From Candidatus Latescibacterota bacterium (lineage in GTDB: Bacteria > Latescibacterota > UBA2968 > GCA-2709665): 64,000 nucleotides of DNA. The position numbers and the translations under genes were made by a program. Positions within the stretch are counted from its first letter, which is position 1, and every line of letters begins with the position of its first letter. Positions 20,810 through 31,201 of the stretch are shown piece by piece. The stretch lies in NCBI GenBank assembly GCA_965237675.1, contig OZ250150.1:4544001-4608000 (forward strand), given 5' to 3'. The notes beneath the pieces were generated by a model. That model did no database searches. It was not told the DNA's origin and saw only the letters and a program-made list of their open reading frames with translations.

Positions 20810-23380
20810 TAGCGCAATTCAAACTCACGGCTGCTGCCGGTGAAGCAGACGAGATCGCCAAAATTGCGACGGTGTTTTTCAAGGAAATACGGTGCATGCC
20901 AGCCGGCAAGCTGAAATCCGCCCTTGAAGCAATGGCGGTCATCACTGTGCTCGGCACACAGGGGCTTGCGAACCATCTTGATAATTGGGTCACCCTTTTA
21001 CTCGAATTAAAGACCTCAGGAGAGAGCAATGATTTTTTGCAAGACATGATTGCCGGTGCCATGACCGATTTGGATGGCTTGAATTACCTTGATGCGCTTT
21101 TTGACATCGGAAGTGCTGGTCTCACTTCAATAGAGCGACTTGAGCATATCATCAACGAACTTGACAAACTTGATGAGAGCGAGCGAGCGCTATTACTAAC
21201 GCAAATAGACGAAAACTCCTCCGATTATTCCGTGTTGATCAACGGCACCTGGGCTGCGCAAGAGAACAGCGGGGATTTTAACACAAGCGACGCCGTGATT
21301 CGCTATCAGCGGATGGCGAAAACGACGCGGAGGTGGGGGATCCGCACCTTCTCCCACCAATGTTCGGTTGCCCAAGCGGTGATCCTTGACGAGCATGAGA
21401 ATAAGAAAGATTGTGCCGTGGCAGTTCTTAACGAGGCAGCTACGGCTCTAGGCGACGACCTAATCCTTCGCAGCGCATTAGCCAACATTCACTGGCGCCA
21501 TCATGAAAATCAGGCCGCCTTCGAAATCTATCGTAGTTTGGTGGATCATGTTGGCGGAACCGATCCAGCCGAGCGTGCTTTCTTGCTGCGCAAGGCGGCT
21601 ATGAGTTCGGCAAAATGCGATGAATGGGCGCTAGCGGCAACGTGGTTTCTTAACGCGCAGAGCGCTGCCAAATTAGCTCATGGCGATACAATGTACGCGT
21701 TCGCGATCGGCTTGGGTGCCGATTCCGCGGTGGCGGCTTTTAAGGCCGGAAATGTGGAACAGGCGTTAAAGCGCTTTGCGGACGCGTTGAAGGCCTTGGC
21801 GGATGTCGACCCAAAGGCGACACTGCAAGGGACGTACTGCCATCTTGTTATTCGGGAATGCATACTTTGGGCACAATCCCGCATCGAGGGAAGCAAAGCC
21901 AAGATTGGCGGAGAGCGTATAGGAATGGAGGCGGGTTCCTGCAGCAATACCAGCCCCTCTCCTGCAATCCGGGAACATCCAATTGCACACCTTGATGTTG
22001 CTTGGTACCTGTTGGCCAGGGTGGAAACCGCGGCCGGCATCAACGCTGGAATCACTGATAAACTTGGCCAACTGCTGGTTAAAGATTCGATCCCGCTAAT
22101 GGAAGTGGAGTTGCGCACAAAAATGATTCAAGCGGATGTCGATACGCTCGATGCCGAGAAATTCACGTCTCACTTCATGCCGTACGTCGAATCCGCTGTA
22201 TACTTGTCAAAGGAAGCCCGTCGACTTCGCGAGCCGCTTGATCCGTTGGCACCAAAAAGAGGGCAGATCCCGGCGCTGGACAAGAATGGACCATTTGATA
22301 CTGTGGCCGAACGGGTGGCGAAAGATGCGATCATAGTTTTCGGCATCCGCTCCGCCATCGAAAACCAACCGGAGGCGATGACGAAGCTTGAAAGCGGCTT
22401 GGAGGGCCGATTTAGAGGCCCGTTTCCCGGTAAACTCTTATTCGATTATTGGAGTGAGAGGACACGGTCAATTGAGCAACTGGATAATGTTGTATTAGAC
22501 ATTATCAAGTCGTTTCTACGAAACGTGAACGTCGAACCGAATGGCTTTTGGATGGCGGGGTTGCGTTTCTTCGAGTGGTTAGACCAATCCATGTTTAAGG
22601 GTGTCATGACAACCCGCCTCGCCGCTTGGCAGAGGGCTGGATGGAAGCGTATACTAGCCGCAGAGTCGTTTCGCCTTTCAAGGCCTCTACAGACTGTACC
22701 CAGCATTCAGGAAGTCTTGGCGATACCTGAAGACGACCGGAGTTTTGTCGCGAAGCTTCTCCTTGTAACTTCCGAAGCCGTCGATTCCCCGCTGGGATTG
22801 GAGTATCGTCGCCGCCTTGAGGATATGGTGGAGCATTGAAGATCAATCGCGTAGCGAGATTGTATAGCCTCCTAAAAATGCAGTTCGGCCCGGTGGAACG
22901 GCAGTCCCACAGTCGTCACGATGCTCCTTGACGCTGCGGCTGATCACAACGCACATAATTTGGGACGGCATCGTTTCCTACAACTTTGTCTTGAAGAAAT
23001 ATCTTCGGTTCGTGAGATTCGTACCCGTTCAATCAAATGACCGAATATGGTAACCTGCCCCTCAGAACGCCCAATTCAGGCTGAAACAGGTGATAGTGAA
23101 AAGAGTCGGTGGGATGCGTTTGAGTTCGAAGGCCGTGATCTAACGTGGGCGCCATGCGCATTCTCTGGTTCTGGCGAACTGACCGATCGTCCAGAACTAG
23201 AATCGTGCGTGAGGCCGCTACTACTACTCTGTTGATTTCCAGTTCTGGACCGATAAGTCCCTATATTTCTGCAGATATCCGAAGGACGCGAAATCCATTC
23301 GTAATTCGTAATGGGCTGTATCTTCGGAGCTTACTGCACAACCCCTAACCGGTGTTGCGCAGAAGATGGAGACACACTAG

Positions 23381-25014
23381 GAGTCTGCGCCGCAGGAGTT
23401 TTTGCAAAGGGCGAGATGTGTCTGTGTTGGGTTCGGTGTTATGTTGGGAGTGGTATGATGAGTTTCGGGCGGGGGCATCACGGCAGTCAGGCGTGTTGAG
23501 GACGAGATATTAGGGATCGTGGCTTCCCGTATGTCGAGTCCACAAGCACAGGACGCCCGAACTCATGCCTCAACACATCGTCAACGCTGCCATCCGCTTG
23601 GCGTTCAACGCCAGGCAGACCAGGTCCCACTCGGCACGCACCTTTTCCAGACCCCGGAAGCTGAAGCGTCGGAAGCCCAATATCTCCTTGATCCATCCGT
23701 TGGGCGCCTCCGAGAGCCACTTGCGCTTCGCATACAGGCCCCGACCTTCCGGGCTCGCCAGTTTTTCGCCCATGCGATGCGTCGCCGGAAGCGTCTCCGA
23801 ATCGACGTCCACCCTTTCCTTGCCCTCCCGCCCCAGCGCCACGTAACCATCGATGCCACGTTCCTCAAGCGTGGCCAAGTCCTCCTCGTTGCAGTATCCC
23901 GCGTCCGCCAGAACCGCACCGGGCTTGACCCCGAATGTCTCTTGCACTCCATCCAGCAAAGGGAGCATAAAGCCCTGATCGGTGGCCTGTGACCCCAGAT
24001 GCGCAGCCACGATGATCTGACGCTCGGCGTCCACCACCGTCTGCGCGTTGTAGCACTGCTGGAAACCCTCCGCGCTCGTCTTCATGATCCGAGACTCGGG
24101 GTCCGTGAAGTTGCTCTGAGCCTTCGGGTCGGGCTCGCCATAAGCTCTTTTGTAAGGCCGCCCGCCCTTCGGGTTGCGCTTCTGACCGGGTTTGCGCCCG
24201 CGCGCATCGTCGGCCGCCCGTTGCGATGCTTTTAGACGCTCCCGAGCCGCCTTGATCGCCGCCAGACGAACCTGCCTGCGCTGCAACTCGACCGGCAACT
24301 CGTCGCCACGAACATCCGCGCCGTAACGCGCGTCCTCGTCGGCATCAATCGACACAGCCCCCGCCAGCAACGCCTCGATCTCTTTCTCCAGACGAGCCTG
24401 TTCCTTCAACATCCGCTCGTAACTCATGGCCTTGCGCTTGCTCGCCTTCGCTCGTACCTTCGTGCCGTCTAAAGAGAGCGTCCCGAAACGTACCAGACCC
24501 ATCTCCCGCGCCACACCAACCACCTCCACGAACAAACGCCCGAAATCTTTTAGGTGACGACGACGAAACTCGCAGATCGTCCGGTGTTGTGGAAAATTGC
24601 CCGCCGCCAACATACGAAACGCCACGTCCTCCTCCAGCTTCCGAGCGATCGCTCGAGACGAAAACACACCCGTCGCGTACCCATATATCAATACCTTCAA
24701 CATCATCGATGGCTCATAAGGCGCGTTGCGACGCCCATCACCTTCATAGGGAGCATAGAACGACCCCAGATCCAGTGAATCCACCAGATCGCTCACCTGG
24801 TGCGACAGATGTCCTTCAGGCACCCACTCCCGAAGATCAGGCGCCAACAGCAATATCTGGTCCGGGTGATACGCACGAAAGGTCGTCGGCATCGATAGCT
24901 CCCTCCGTTGACACAACTCACAACCTCTTTACTGCTTGACATTTCTCAACTGCACGACCCATTATACCTACCATTACCTGTCCGTTGAAATGGATTTTTC
25001 TGCGGCGCAGACTC
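23381..25014 (-). mobile_element. IS1182-family insertion sequence
   Basis: Inverted ends (CTAG)GAGTCTGCGCCGCAG / CTGCGGCGCAGACTC(CTAG), with CTAG on both sides. Confidence 0.9.
23570..24916 (-). CDS. IS1182-family transposase
   Basis: YGYATGVFSSRAI, SLDGTKVRA, TDPESRIM, LADAGY, RKWLSEAPNGWIK. Confidence 0.92.
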   Translation of the reverse strand: MCQRRELSMPTTFRAYHPDQILLLAPDLREWVPEGHLSHQVSDLVDSLDLGSFYAPYEGDGRRNAPYEPSMMLKVLIYGYATGVFSSRAIARKLEEDVAFRMLAAGNFPQHRTICEFRRRHLKDFGRLFVEVVGVAREMGLVRFGTLSLDGTKVRAKASKRKAMSYERMLKEQARLEKEIEALLAGAVSIDADEDARYGADVRGDELPVELQRRQVRLAAIKAARERLKASQRAADDARGRKPGQKRNPKGGRPYKRAYGEPDPKAQSNFTDPESRIMKTSAEGFQQCYNAQTVVDAERQIIVAAHLGSQATDQGFMLPLLDGVQETFGVKPGAVLADAGYCNEEDLATLEERGIDGYVALGREGKERVDVDSETLPATHRMGEKLASPEGRGLYAKRKWLSEAPNGWIKEILGFRRFSFRGLEKVRAEWDLVCLALNAKRMAALTMC

Positions 25015-25029
25015 CTAGGAGTTATCAGT

Positions 25030-27258
25030 ATGGCAAAAAGCGTTACATCGGCAGGACAACGTCCTGTTTGGTTTATGGGCGCCATATACAACGGCCGAGA
25101 CGACCAGACGCCTAGATTCTTGGCGGAAGGCTGTTGGGAGAACGGTTACAAGGACCAATACATCGAAGACGTGAAGTCTATACTGCCGGGCGACAGGATC
25201 GCCATCAAAGCCACATACACTCGGAAGAAGGACCTGCCTTTCGACAATCGTGGGCAACCGGTCTCCGTAATGGCGATCAAAGCCACTGGTACGGTAGAGA
25301 AGAATATGGGCGATGGCCGTCACTTGAAGGTCGCCTGGACTCCGGTTGATTCTCGGCGGGAGTGGTTCTTTTACACCAACCGAAAAACCGTTTGGAAGGT
25401 GCATCATGGGTCAGGTACCTGGCCATACGCTGCAGACTCCCTGATCAGGTTCGCATTCGATGACGGACATCAGGACATCAGTCGCTTTCGCAATGAACCA
25501 TACTGGCGAGAGCGATTCGGTGACCAGCCCGTTGGCGACGAACGGTTTAAATGGACGAAGTTCTATGCGGAGGTCGCCGACAAGCTCCTCGCATACCGCA
25601 ACGACCGTGGACCACTAATCGAAGCAATCCATGAAATCGCTGGCCGACTAAACCAGTCGTTCCCCATTCGAGACCGTTTCGAAAATGGTGACGTAGGACC
25701 GATGCAGGATATCTGCCCCTTTACTACCATCGGGTATTTCAATCGAGGCATTTCTGACGCCAATCGACAATCCATCGCCGGAGAACTAGCAAATTTCCTG
25801 GATGTGAAAGAGCCAGTACCAAAGTTCAATTCAACTTCTGATGGAATTCCTGTCCTAAACAACCAGAATACCTGGTTTTTCAGTTACGCAAAGAACCGCA
25901 AGCCGGACGATATCGACGCGCTGTGGGAAATCTTTTCATACGCCACTGAATTCGCTGATGCAGATGATGAACCAGATCTTCCGGCATTCATACGCTGCTA
26001 CGATGATGCTATGTCACGCAGAATGGTTGGCCGCAAACTCTCCATGGGACTCTATTGGATTCGTGCGTGGAGTTATCCCACTCTCGATAGTCACTCCACC
26101 CGATACATCAGAGAAAAACTGAAAGAGCCAATACCTCCAGACTACAAGCCAAACGCCGAGGAGTACCTGGAATTGCGGGAAAGACTGTTGGAACGGTTTC
26201 ATGATGACGTCTACCCGGTCCATTCATTCCCGGAGTTGTCGTGGGCGGCGTACCAACTAGCTCGCGGCGTTGACAAGAACGAACAAATTAACAACGGCCA
26301 GTCAACGATTGACACGAAATTGGAAAGCAATGGGTTGGTAGGCGTCACTTATGAACGTGAACCCGACCCCTTGTACACCATCGAAGACATCGTGGACGAC
26401 GGTTGTTTCCTCGAACTTCCCAAACTACGAACGGCCCTTGGCCGATTGGAAAGCAAAAAGAACCTGATCTTCCAGGGTCCGCCTGGTACCGGGAAGACTT
26501 GGTTGGCCAAAAGGCTGGCATTCGCGCTTATTGGTCGTAAGTACGAGCATTGCGTCCGGCAGTTTCAGTTTCACCCGAACCTGTCGTACGAAGATTTCGT
26601 CAGAGGGTACCGTCCCGAAGAAGGGGGATTAACCCTGGTTGATGGACCGTTCTTCAAGGTGATCGAAGAAGCGAGGAACGACCCCGAAAACAGGTACGTC
26701 GTCGTGATCGAGGAAATCAACCGGGGCAACCCGGCCCATATTTTCGGTGAGATGCTTACATTGTTGGAAGCAGACAAAAGGAGTTCCCGTGATGCGTTGG
26801 CCGTCGCCTACCCGCGTGCAGATGACGAACGGATCTACATTCCACCCAACGTGTACCTGATCGGCACGATGAACTTGGCCGATCGTTCCTTGGCCTTGGT
26901 TGACTTCGCTCTACGCCGCCGGTTTACGTTTGTCGACCTGGAACCCAATTTTGGGAGACTCTGGCGTCAATGGATGCAGGAGCATTGCGACATCAGTGAG
27001 GATTTTCTGCGGAATGTTGAACGTCGCATGGTTTCTCTTAATCAGGCTATCACATCTGACCCAAATCTCGGAAGACAGTTCCGCGTGGGGCACAGCTACG
27101 TAACAGCCCCACCCAACACACCTATAGACAACCCGCAGGCCTGGTTCGGAGAGGTGGTCGAAACAGAAATCGGACCTCTACTGGAGGAATACTGGTTCGA
27201 CCCTTCAGACGAAGCCAAAGCCAGGACGCAAAAACAGAATCTTCTCCGTGACATCTGA
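25030..27258 (+). CDS. mcrB: McrB-family AAA+ GTPase with extended N-terminal (PUA/EVE-like) sensor region
   Basis: GPPGTGKT, QFHPNLSYEDFVRG, IEEINRGN, GTMNLADRS (NxxD), ALRRRF, GHSY; AGGAG RBS. Confidence 0.9.
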   Translation: MAKSVTSAGQRPVWFMGAIYNGRDDQTPRFLAEGCWENGYKDQYIEDVKSILPGDRIAIKATYTRKKDLPFDNRGQPVSVMAIKATGTVEKNMGDGRHLKVAWTPVDSRREWFFYTNRKTVWKVHHGSGTWPYAADSLIRFAFDDGHQDISRFRNEPYWRERFGDQPVGDERFKWTKFYAEVADKLLAYRNDRGPLIEAIHEIAGRLNQSFPIRDRFENGDVGPMQDICPFTTIGYFNRGISDANRQSIAGELANFLDVKEPVPKFNSTSDGIPVLNNQNTWFFSYAKNRKPDDIDALWEIFSYATEFADADDEPDLPAFIRCYDDAMSRRMVGRKLSMGLYWIRAWSYPTLDSHSTRYIREKLKEPIPPDYKPNAEEYLELRERLLERFHDDVYPVHSFPELSWAAYQLARGVDKNEQINNGQSTIDTKLESNGLVGVTYEREPDPLYTIEDIVDDGCFLELPKLRTALGRLESKKNLIFQGPPGTGKTWLAKRLAFALIGRKYEHCVRQFQFHPNLSYEDFVRGYRPEEGGLTLVDGPFFKVIEEARNDPENRYVVVIEEINRGNPAHIFGEMLTLLEADKRSSRDALAVAYPRADDERIYIPPNVYLIGTMNLADRSLALVDFALRRRFTFVDLEPNFGRLWRQWMQEHCDISEDFLRNVERRMVSLNQAITSDPNLGRQFRVGHSYVTAPPNTPIDNPQAWFGEVVETEIGPLLEEYWFDPSDEAKARTQKQNLLRDI

Positions 27259-28430
27259 TGACAACGATTGACACTGGGGACGTGCGGTCCCATCGGCATA
27301 CCGTCGGCAGGATTCCTATCAGGAACATCTGGCTATTGATGCTATACGCCTCCAACCTCTACAAGGAGCTTTCTCCCGCCCGGAGAGTCGCCGTAGAGGA
27401 CAACCCTGACGAAATTCCCGATCTGGTAGCTGAGATACTTACCCGCTCCGTCGAACGGCGGATGCGGCGTAATCTCAGCTTCGCGTTTCAAACTAGGAAC
27501 GATGAACTCCGTCGGGTACGGGGCAGCATTGACCTCCTGCTAACCGAAAGGCGTCAGATGTTGCAGCGTGGCAAGGTCGCCTGCCGGTACGAGGCACTTA
27601 CGGTTGATACACCCCGGAATCGGTTTGTACGTGCGGCCGTAAGGCAGTTGTCCAAAGTTGTCCGGAGATCCGAGTTGGTTTCCCGCTGCCGCGTTGCAGA
27701 AGCCCGCCTGGAGCGCGCCGGCGTAAGCTCGGAGCCAGCCTTCGACCACCCACGAGGGCGCAGCGGCGTTGCTGCCGAACTGCGAGGACGGATGGATCCT
27801 GAGGATTGGCGAATGATGGCCGCCGCCTTTCTATCCTTCAACCTCGCTCTGCCAACCGAGGACGCAGGAGGGATGTATCTGTCGTCACCGGATCGGGACG
27901 AAATCTGGGCCAGGAGACTATTCGAGGCGGCCGTGGGAGGATTCTACCGCGTCGTGCTTCCCGAGTATGGCTGGAACACATACACCGGTACTCGAATTCA
28001 TTGGCCAGTGGAACACGCCACTAATGGACTGATGAATTTGCTCCCGTCGATGAAAACAGATATCGTTCTGGAACGTGCAGACCGGGAAAACCCGACCGGA
28101 GTACGGCGAATCGTGATCGACACCAAGTTTACGTCCATTCTAACGCCAGGTCGGTACCGGGACGAGGCGTTCCGAAGTGGATACATCTATCAAATATACG
28201 CTTATTTGAGATCTCAGGAGCGATACGAGGATCCCTGTTCACTCGACGCCGCAGGAATGTTGCTCCACCCGTCGGTTGAAGGCGACGTCCACGAAACCGC
28301 GGTCATTCAAGGCCATGAAGTTCGCTTTGCCACCGTCAATCTTGCGGCCGGCAGCCGGGAGATTCGGGATCGGCTGCTCCTCATTGTGTCCGGAGGCCCG
28401 CCCAATTTCAACACCGGATCGAATGCCTGA
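27258..28430 (+). CDS. mcrC: McrC-family restriction endonuclease subunit
   Basis: IPIRNIWLLMLYA, LFEAAVGGFY, MKTDIVL...IDTKF, YQIYAYL; TGATG coupling to mcrB. Confidence 0.9.
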   Translation: MTTIDTGDVRSHRHTVGRIPIRNIWLLMLYASNLYKELSPARRVAVEDNPDEIPDLVAEILTRSVERRMRRNLSFAFQTRNDELRRVRGSIDLLLTERRQMLQRGKVACRYEALTVDTPRNRFVRAAVRQLSKVVRRSELVSRCRVAEARLERAGVSSEPAFDHPRGRSGVAAELRGRMDPEDWRMMAAAFLSFNLALPTEDAGGMYLSSPDRDEIWARRLFEAAVGGFYRVVLPEYGWNTYTGTRIHWPVEHATNGLMNLLPSMKTDIVLERADRENPTGVRRIVIDTKFTSILTPGRYRDEAFRSGYIYQIYAYLRSQERYEDPCSLDAAGMLLHPSVEGDVHETAVIQGHEVRFATVNLAAGSREIRDRLLLIVSGGPPNFNTGSNA

Positions 28431-28458
28431 TTGATGCCAACGAAGAAAGCCAGAGAAC

Positions 28459-29337
28459 GTGAAATCTGTACCTTCCATAATAAGAAAGACTTACCCGCAG
28501 CGTGGTCCGCTCCAGCAGTTCCGGTTTGCGGACAGCCTCGCATTCCGGTGTTTCAGATGTAATGCTTCCAAGAAATCCAAGTTGATCTCCATATACGGGG
28601 GCGACTGGTCGCGACGTCTTTGTAATGGGTGCTACGGCTATCTTCTATCGTTATACAAGATTAAGGCAGGAACAAAGGCAGATAGTGAGAAAACAGAACA
28701 GTTGGCCAATCTGCTTTTCAACGCTGTTACACTCAACGATCAGTTACAAGCCGAGCGTTTGTTTCGAGTCTCCGAGGAACGCGCCGAGCACTTGTCTCAA
28801 GAGACTCTACGGTTTGTTTCTACGTCCGAACACGTGGCCCGACAACTTCAGTCAGGGCCGGAGTTAGAGTGGTCACCGGCCGTGATCGGCTTGTGCAAAG
28901 CGGTTGAACTCCAGGTCGTCAACCGAATTCTAAGGCCGTTGGCAAACGAGGTAAGTAGCACAGACTTGGGTGCCGATAAAATCGATAAGGACGTGGGGCG
29001 CGTCGCAGCATTCTGTGCGGACCCTACGCGAAATCCCCCTGAACTGGGAGCGTTCGCACATTTTCTGCAGACCGTGGTTCACAGTCACCGTCGCCGGAGC
29101 ACTAGCGTGCTCATGTGCAACTTTCTGCGACTTGCGAAAGAGTGGACTGGATCGAATTGGCTCCTTGATGCTACAGCTTTCCACCAGTCCCTTACACAAC
29201 TGATAACGAGATTCAGGAATCGGGCAGCACACATCGACGAGCTTGGCAAAGAGGACTATGTTGCCTGTCGAGATCTCACAATAGGTACTCAAGGCATCAT
29301 ATGGCAGCTTCTCGTCGCGACCCAGCGCCATCGGTAA
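28459..29337 (+). CDS. Hypothetical protein: N-terminal C4 Zn finger + C-terminal HEPN-like domain
   Basis: CFRC...CNGC; WSPAVIGLCKAVE; RNRAAH (RxxxxH). Confidence 0.7.
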   Translation: MKSVPSIIRKTYPQRGPLQQFRFADSLAFRCFRCNASKKSKLISIYGGDWSRRLCNGCYGYLLSLYKIKAGTKADSEKTEQLANLLFNAVTLNDQLQAERLFRVSEERAEHLSQETLRFVSTSEHVARQLQSGPELEWSPAVIGLCKAVELQVVNRILRPLANEVSSTDLGADKIDKDVGRVAAFCADPTRNPPELGAFAHFLQTVVHSHRRRSTSVLMCNFLRLAKEWTGSNWLLDATAFHQSLTQLITRFRNRAAHIDELGKEDYVACRDLTIGTQGIIWQLLVATQRHR

Positions 29338-29699
29338 GGCAGCGTAGAGATGATATAAAACAATGTGACACCTGAGACGACAAGTAAATAAGCTGAAAAG
29401 GAGATCACCCGAAGCTTTTAGAGTGTTGCTACCGGCCAAACGAAAAGGATTCCGATAAGAGATCCAACACTCGGCGCTCAGAATTGGGAGGACCATCGGC
29501 TGGTCAAGCTTCTTATAACCGAATCACCAAAACGAAATTTGGCGGACCTACCTGACGATAGGGTCAAGCGTTTTGAACGGTTGTTCAAGTTCATCAACGA
29601 ATCAGTGTCAGGTACGAAAGATGACTCTGTTTCAGTAAAGGCCAAATGATCCCCCGCGAATGCAAGCGTCTCGCTAGAGTCGACCTCCCCTTTGCCTAA

Positions 29700-29935
29700 G
29701 TATAACGGCACGCGGCGGATTTGACGCAACGGTTTGGGCGCGATTTTGGACCCGTCAATCTAAGCCAGATGAAGAGATTCTATCTGCTGTGGTCAGCCGG
29801 ACGATCTTTTGGACACCGTCTGAAAAATTGGATGGCAAAGAGATTTGCCAGACAGTTACTGGCGAATCTTCGCTGGTCAGCGTCGCCTCACGCTTTCCAC
29901 TTCCCTGGTCCGCCTATGTGCGGCTGCTATCGGGC
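29700..29935 (+). pseudogene. DUF1016/YhcG N-terminal fragment
   Basis: LTQRFGRDFGPVNLSQMKRFYL, then another frame EICQTV...FPLPWSAYVRLLS. Confidence 0.7.
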
Positions 29936-29981
29936 AAGAACAGGCGCGGCTTGCTGCTCGGAGAAAAGCCATGAACAAGTG

Positions 29982-30360
29982 GATGCTGGACCAACCGATC
30001 CTGGACGACATCATCCAGCGCATTGTGGAGGTGGCCCAGCCGGAGAAGATCATCCTCTTCGGGTCCGCCGCCCGGGGCGACATGAACCGCCACAGCGACG
30101 TAGACTTGCTTATCATCAAAGAGGGCGCGGACGCGCTTGAACTCATGGGCGAAATATATATGAATCTCGATGGCGTCGGCGCAGCCGTCGACGCTGTTGT
30201 CGTCACGCCCGACGACGTAGAGCGGTATAAGGACAGCCACGCGGTGATCATCAAGCCCGCATTGCAAGAAGGCAGGGTCGTATATGAGTCCTCCTGAGCG
30301 CTTCCCGCCCGATGATCCGCGCGAATGGCTGAACCGCGCCAGAAGTAATCTGGCGATGGC
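29982..30360 (+). repeat. 379-bp direct repeat, copy 2
   Basis: Near-identical to 16874..17253. Confidence 0.95.
29983..30297 (+). CDS. MNT nucleotidyltransferase antitoxin (intact)
   Basis: FGSAARGD...SDVD; overlaps the HEPN start. Confidence 0.88.
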   Translation: MLDQPILDDIIQRIVEVAQPEKIILFGSAARGDMNRHSDVDLLIIKEGADALELMGEIYMNLDGVGAAVDAVVVTPDDVERYKDSHAVIIKPALQEGRVVYESS

Positions 30361-30676
30361 GAAAAACCGCGTACCACAAGCCTATCTGGAAGATCTGTGC
30401 TTTGGAGCCCAGCAGGCAGCCGAGAAAGCCGTCAAGGCCGTGATGATCAAGCGCGGCATCGACTTCCCCTACGTGCATGATTTAGCCCGGTTGCTTTCCC
30501 TGCTTAAGGAAGCAGACGAAGCGATCCCGGACGTCGTCGGACAGGCCAGAAAGCTCTCTCGATTTGCGACCGTTACTCGTTACCCCATGGACCAGTCAGT
30601 CACCGAACAGCATTATCTGGAAGCGCTTGCCACCGCCGAATCCGTTCTCCGCTGGGCCGAGGAACGCATATTGTGA
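30284..30676 (+). CDS. HEPN domain protein (MNT-HEPN pair)
   Basis: WLNRARSNL, CFGAQQAAEKAVKA, HDLARL, TRYP. Confidence 0.9.
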   Translation: MSPPERFPPDDPREWLNRARSNLAMAKNRVPQAYLEDLCFGAQQAAEKAVKAVMIKRGIDFPYVHDLARLLSLLKEADEAIPDVVGQARKLSRFATVTRYPMDQSVTEQHYLEALATAESVLRWAEERIL

Positions 30677-30731
30677 TTCGCCGAAAACGCAAGCCTCTCG
30701 CCGAAACCCCTTACAGGAAGAAGAGCAGAAC

Positions 30732-31150
30732 ATGAACGAGCGGATACTCACAGAAGAAATGCCGGATGTTCGGTACCAAGCCATAATCGGCGATGTATCG
30801 AGAATTGTTGCCGCCGCGAAGCGATCGGCCGCTCGGTCGGTGAATGCCGTTATGACCGCCGCGTATTGGATGATCGGCCGTCGTATAGTCGAGTTTGAAC
30901 AATCAGGAGAAAGCCGCGCTGAATACGGGTCCGCGCTCATCGAAACGACTTTCGACAGACTTAAGGAAGCGTTTCGGGCGTGGCTTTGGATCCGTCAATC
31001 TGAGCCAGATGAAGGAATTCGATCTGCTGTAGCCAGCTGAATGCATTCTTCAGACAGTGTCTGAAAGATTGGAAGATGGAGACAGTTCGCCGACGGTGCC
31101 TGCGAAACCTTCGCTGGCTATCCTCGCTTCGCGCTTTCCCCGAGGTTCCG
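30732..31150 (+). pseudogene. DUF1016/YhcG N-terminal fragment, frameshifted
   Basis: AARSVNAVMTAAYWMIGRRIVEFEQSGESRAEYG, then shifted RFGRGFGSVNLSQMK and a stop. Confidence 0.75.
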
Positions 31151-31201
31151 AGGTAGCCGAACCGCAGATTTACGTCGGACGCAATAACCATGGAGGAAGA
31201 C

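Larger units (their letters stand above)
17476..22839 (+). pseudogene. Nuclease-STAND NTPase-TPR (Avs-like) protein, ~1369 aa, interrupted by IS630
   Basis: N-term SLRGYAYQ...EVAEDY...QVKDT (PD-(D/E)xK, Cap4-like); GSSGLGKS, LILDDL, GHPQL; helical repeat C-terminus. Removing 19558..20811 gives in-frame GIVRL|AQFKL. Confidence 0.8.

Noticed and set aside
22840-23376. Short ORFs between the STAND gene and IS1182
   Set aside because: No supported product.
24985-25029. ORF-track start of mcrB at 24985
   Set aside because: It lies inside the IS1182 end; ATG 25030 has the RBS.
29340-29700. Possible fourth gene after the Zn-HEPN ORF
   Set aside because: Only a start-less ~60-aa fragment; cannot be assigned.
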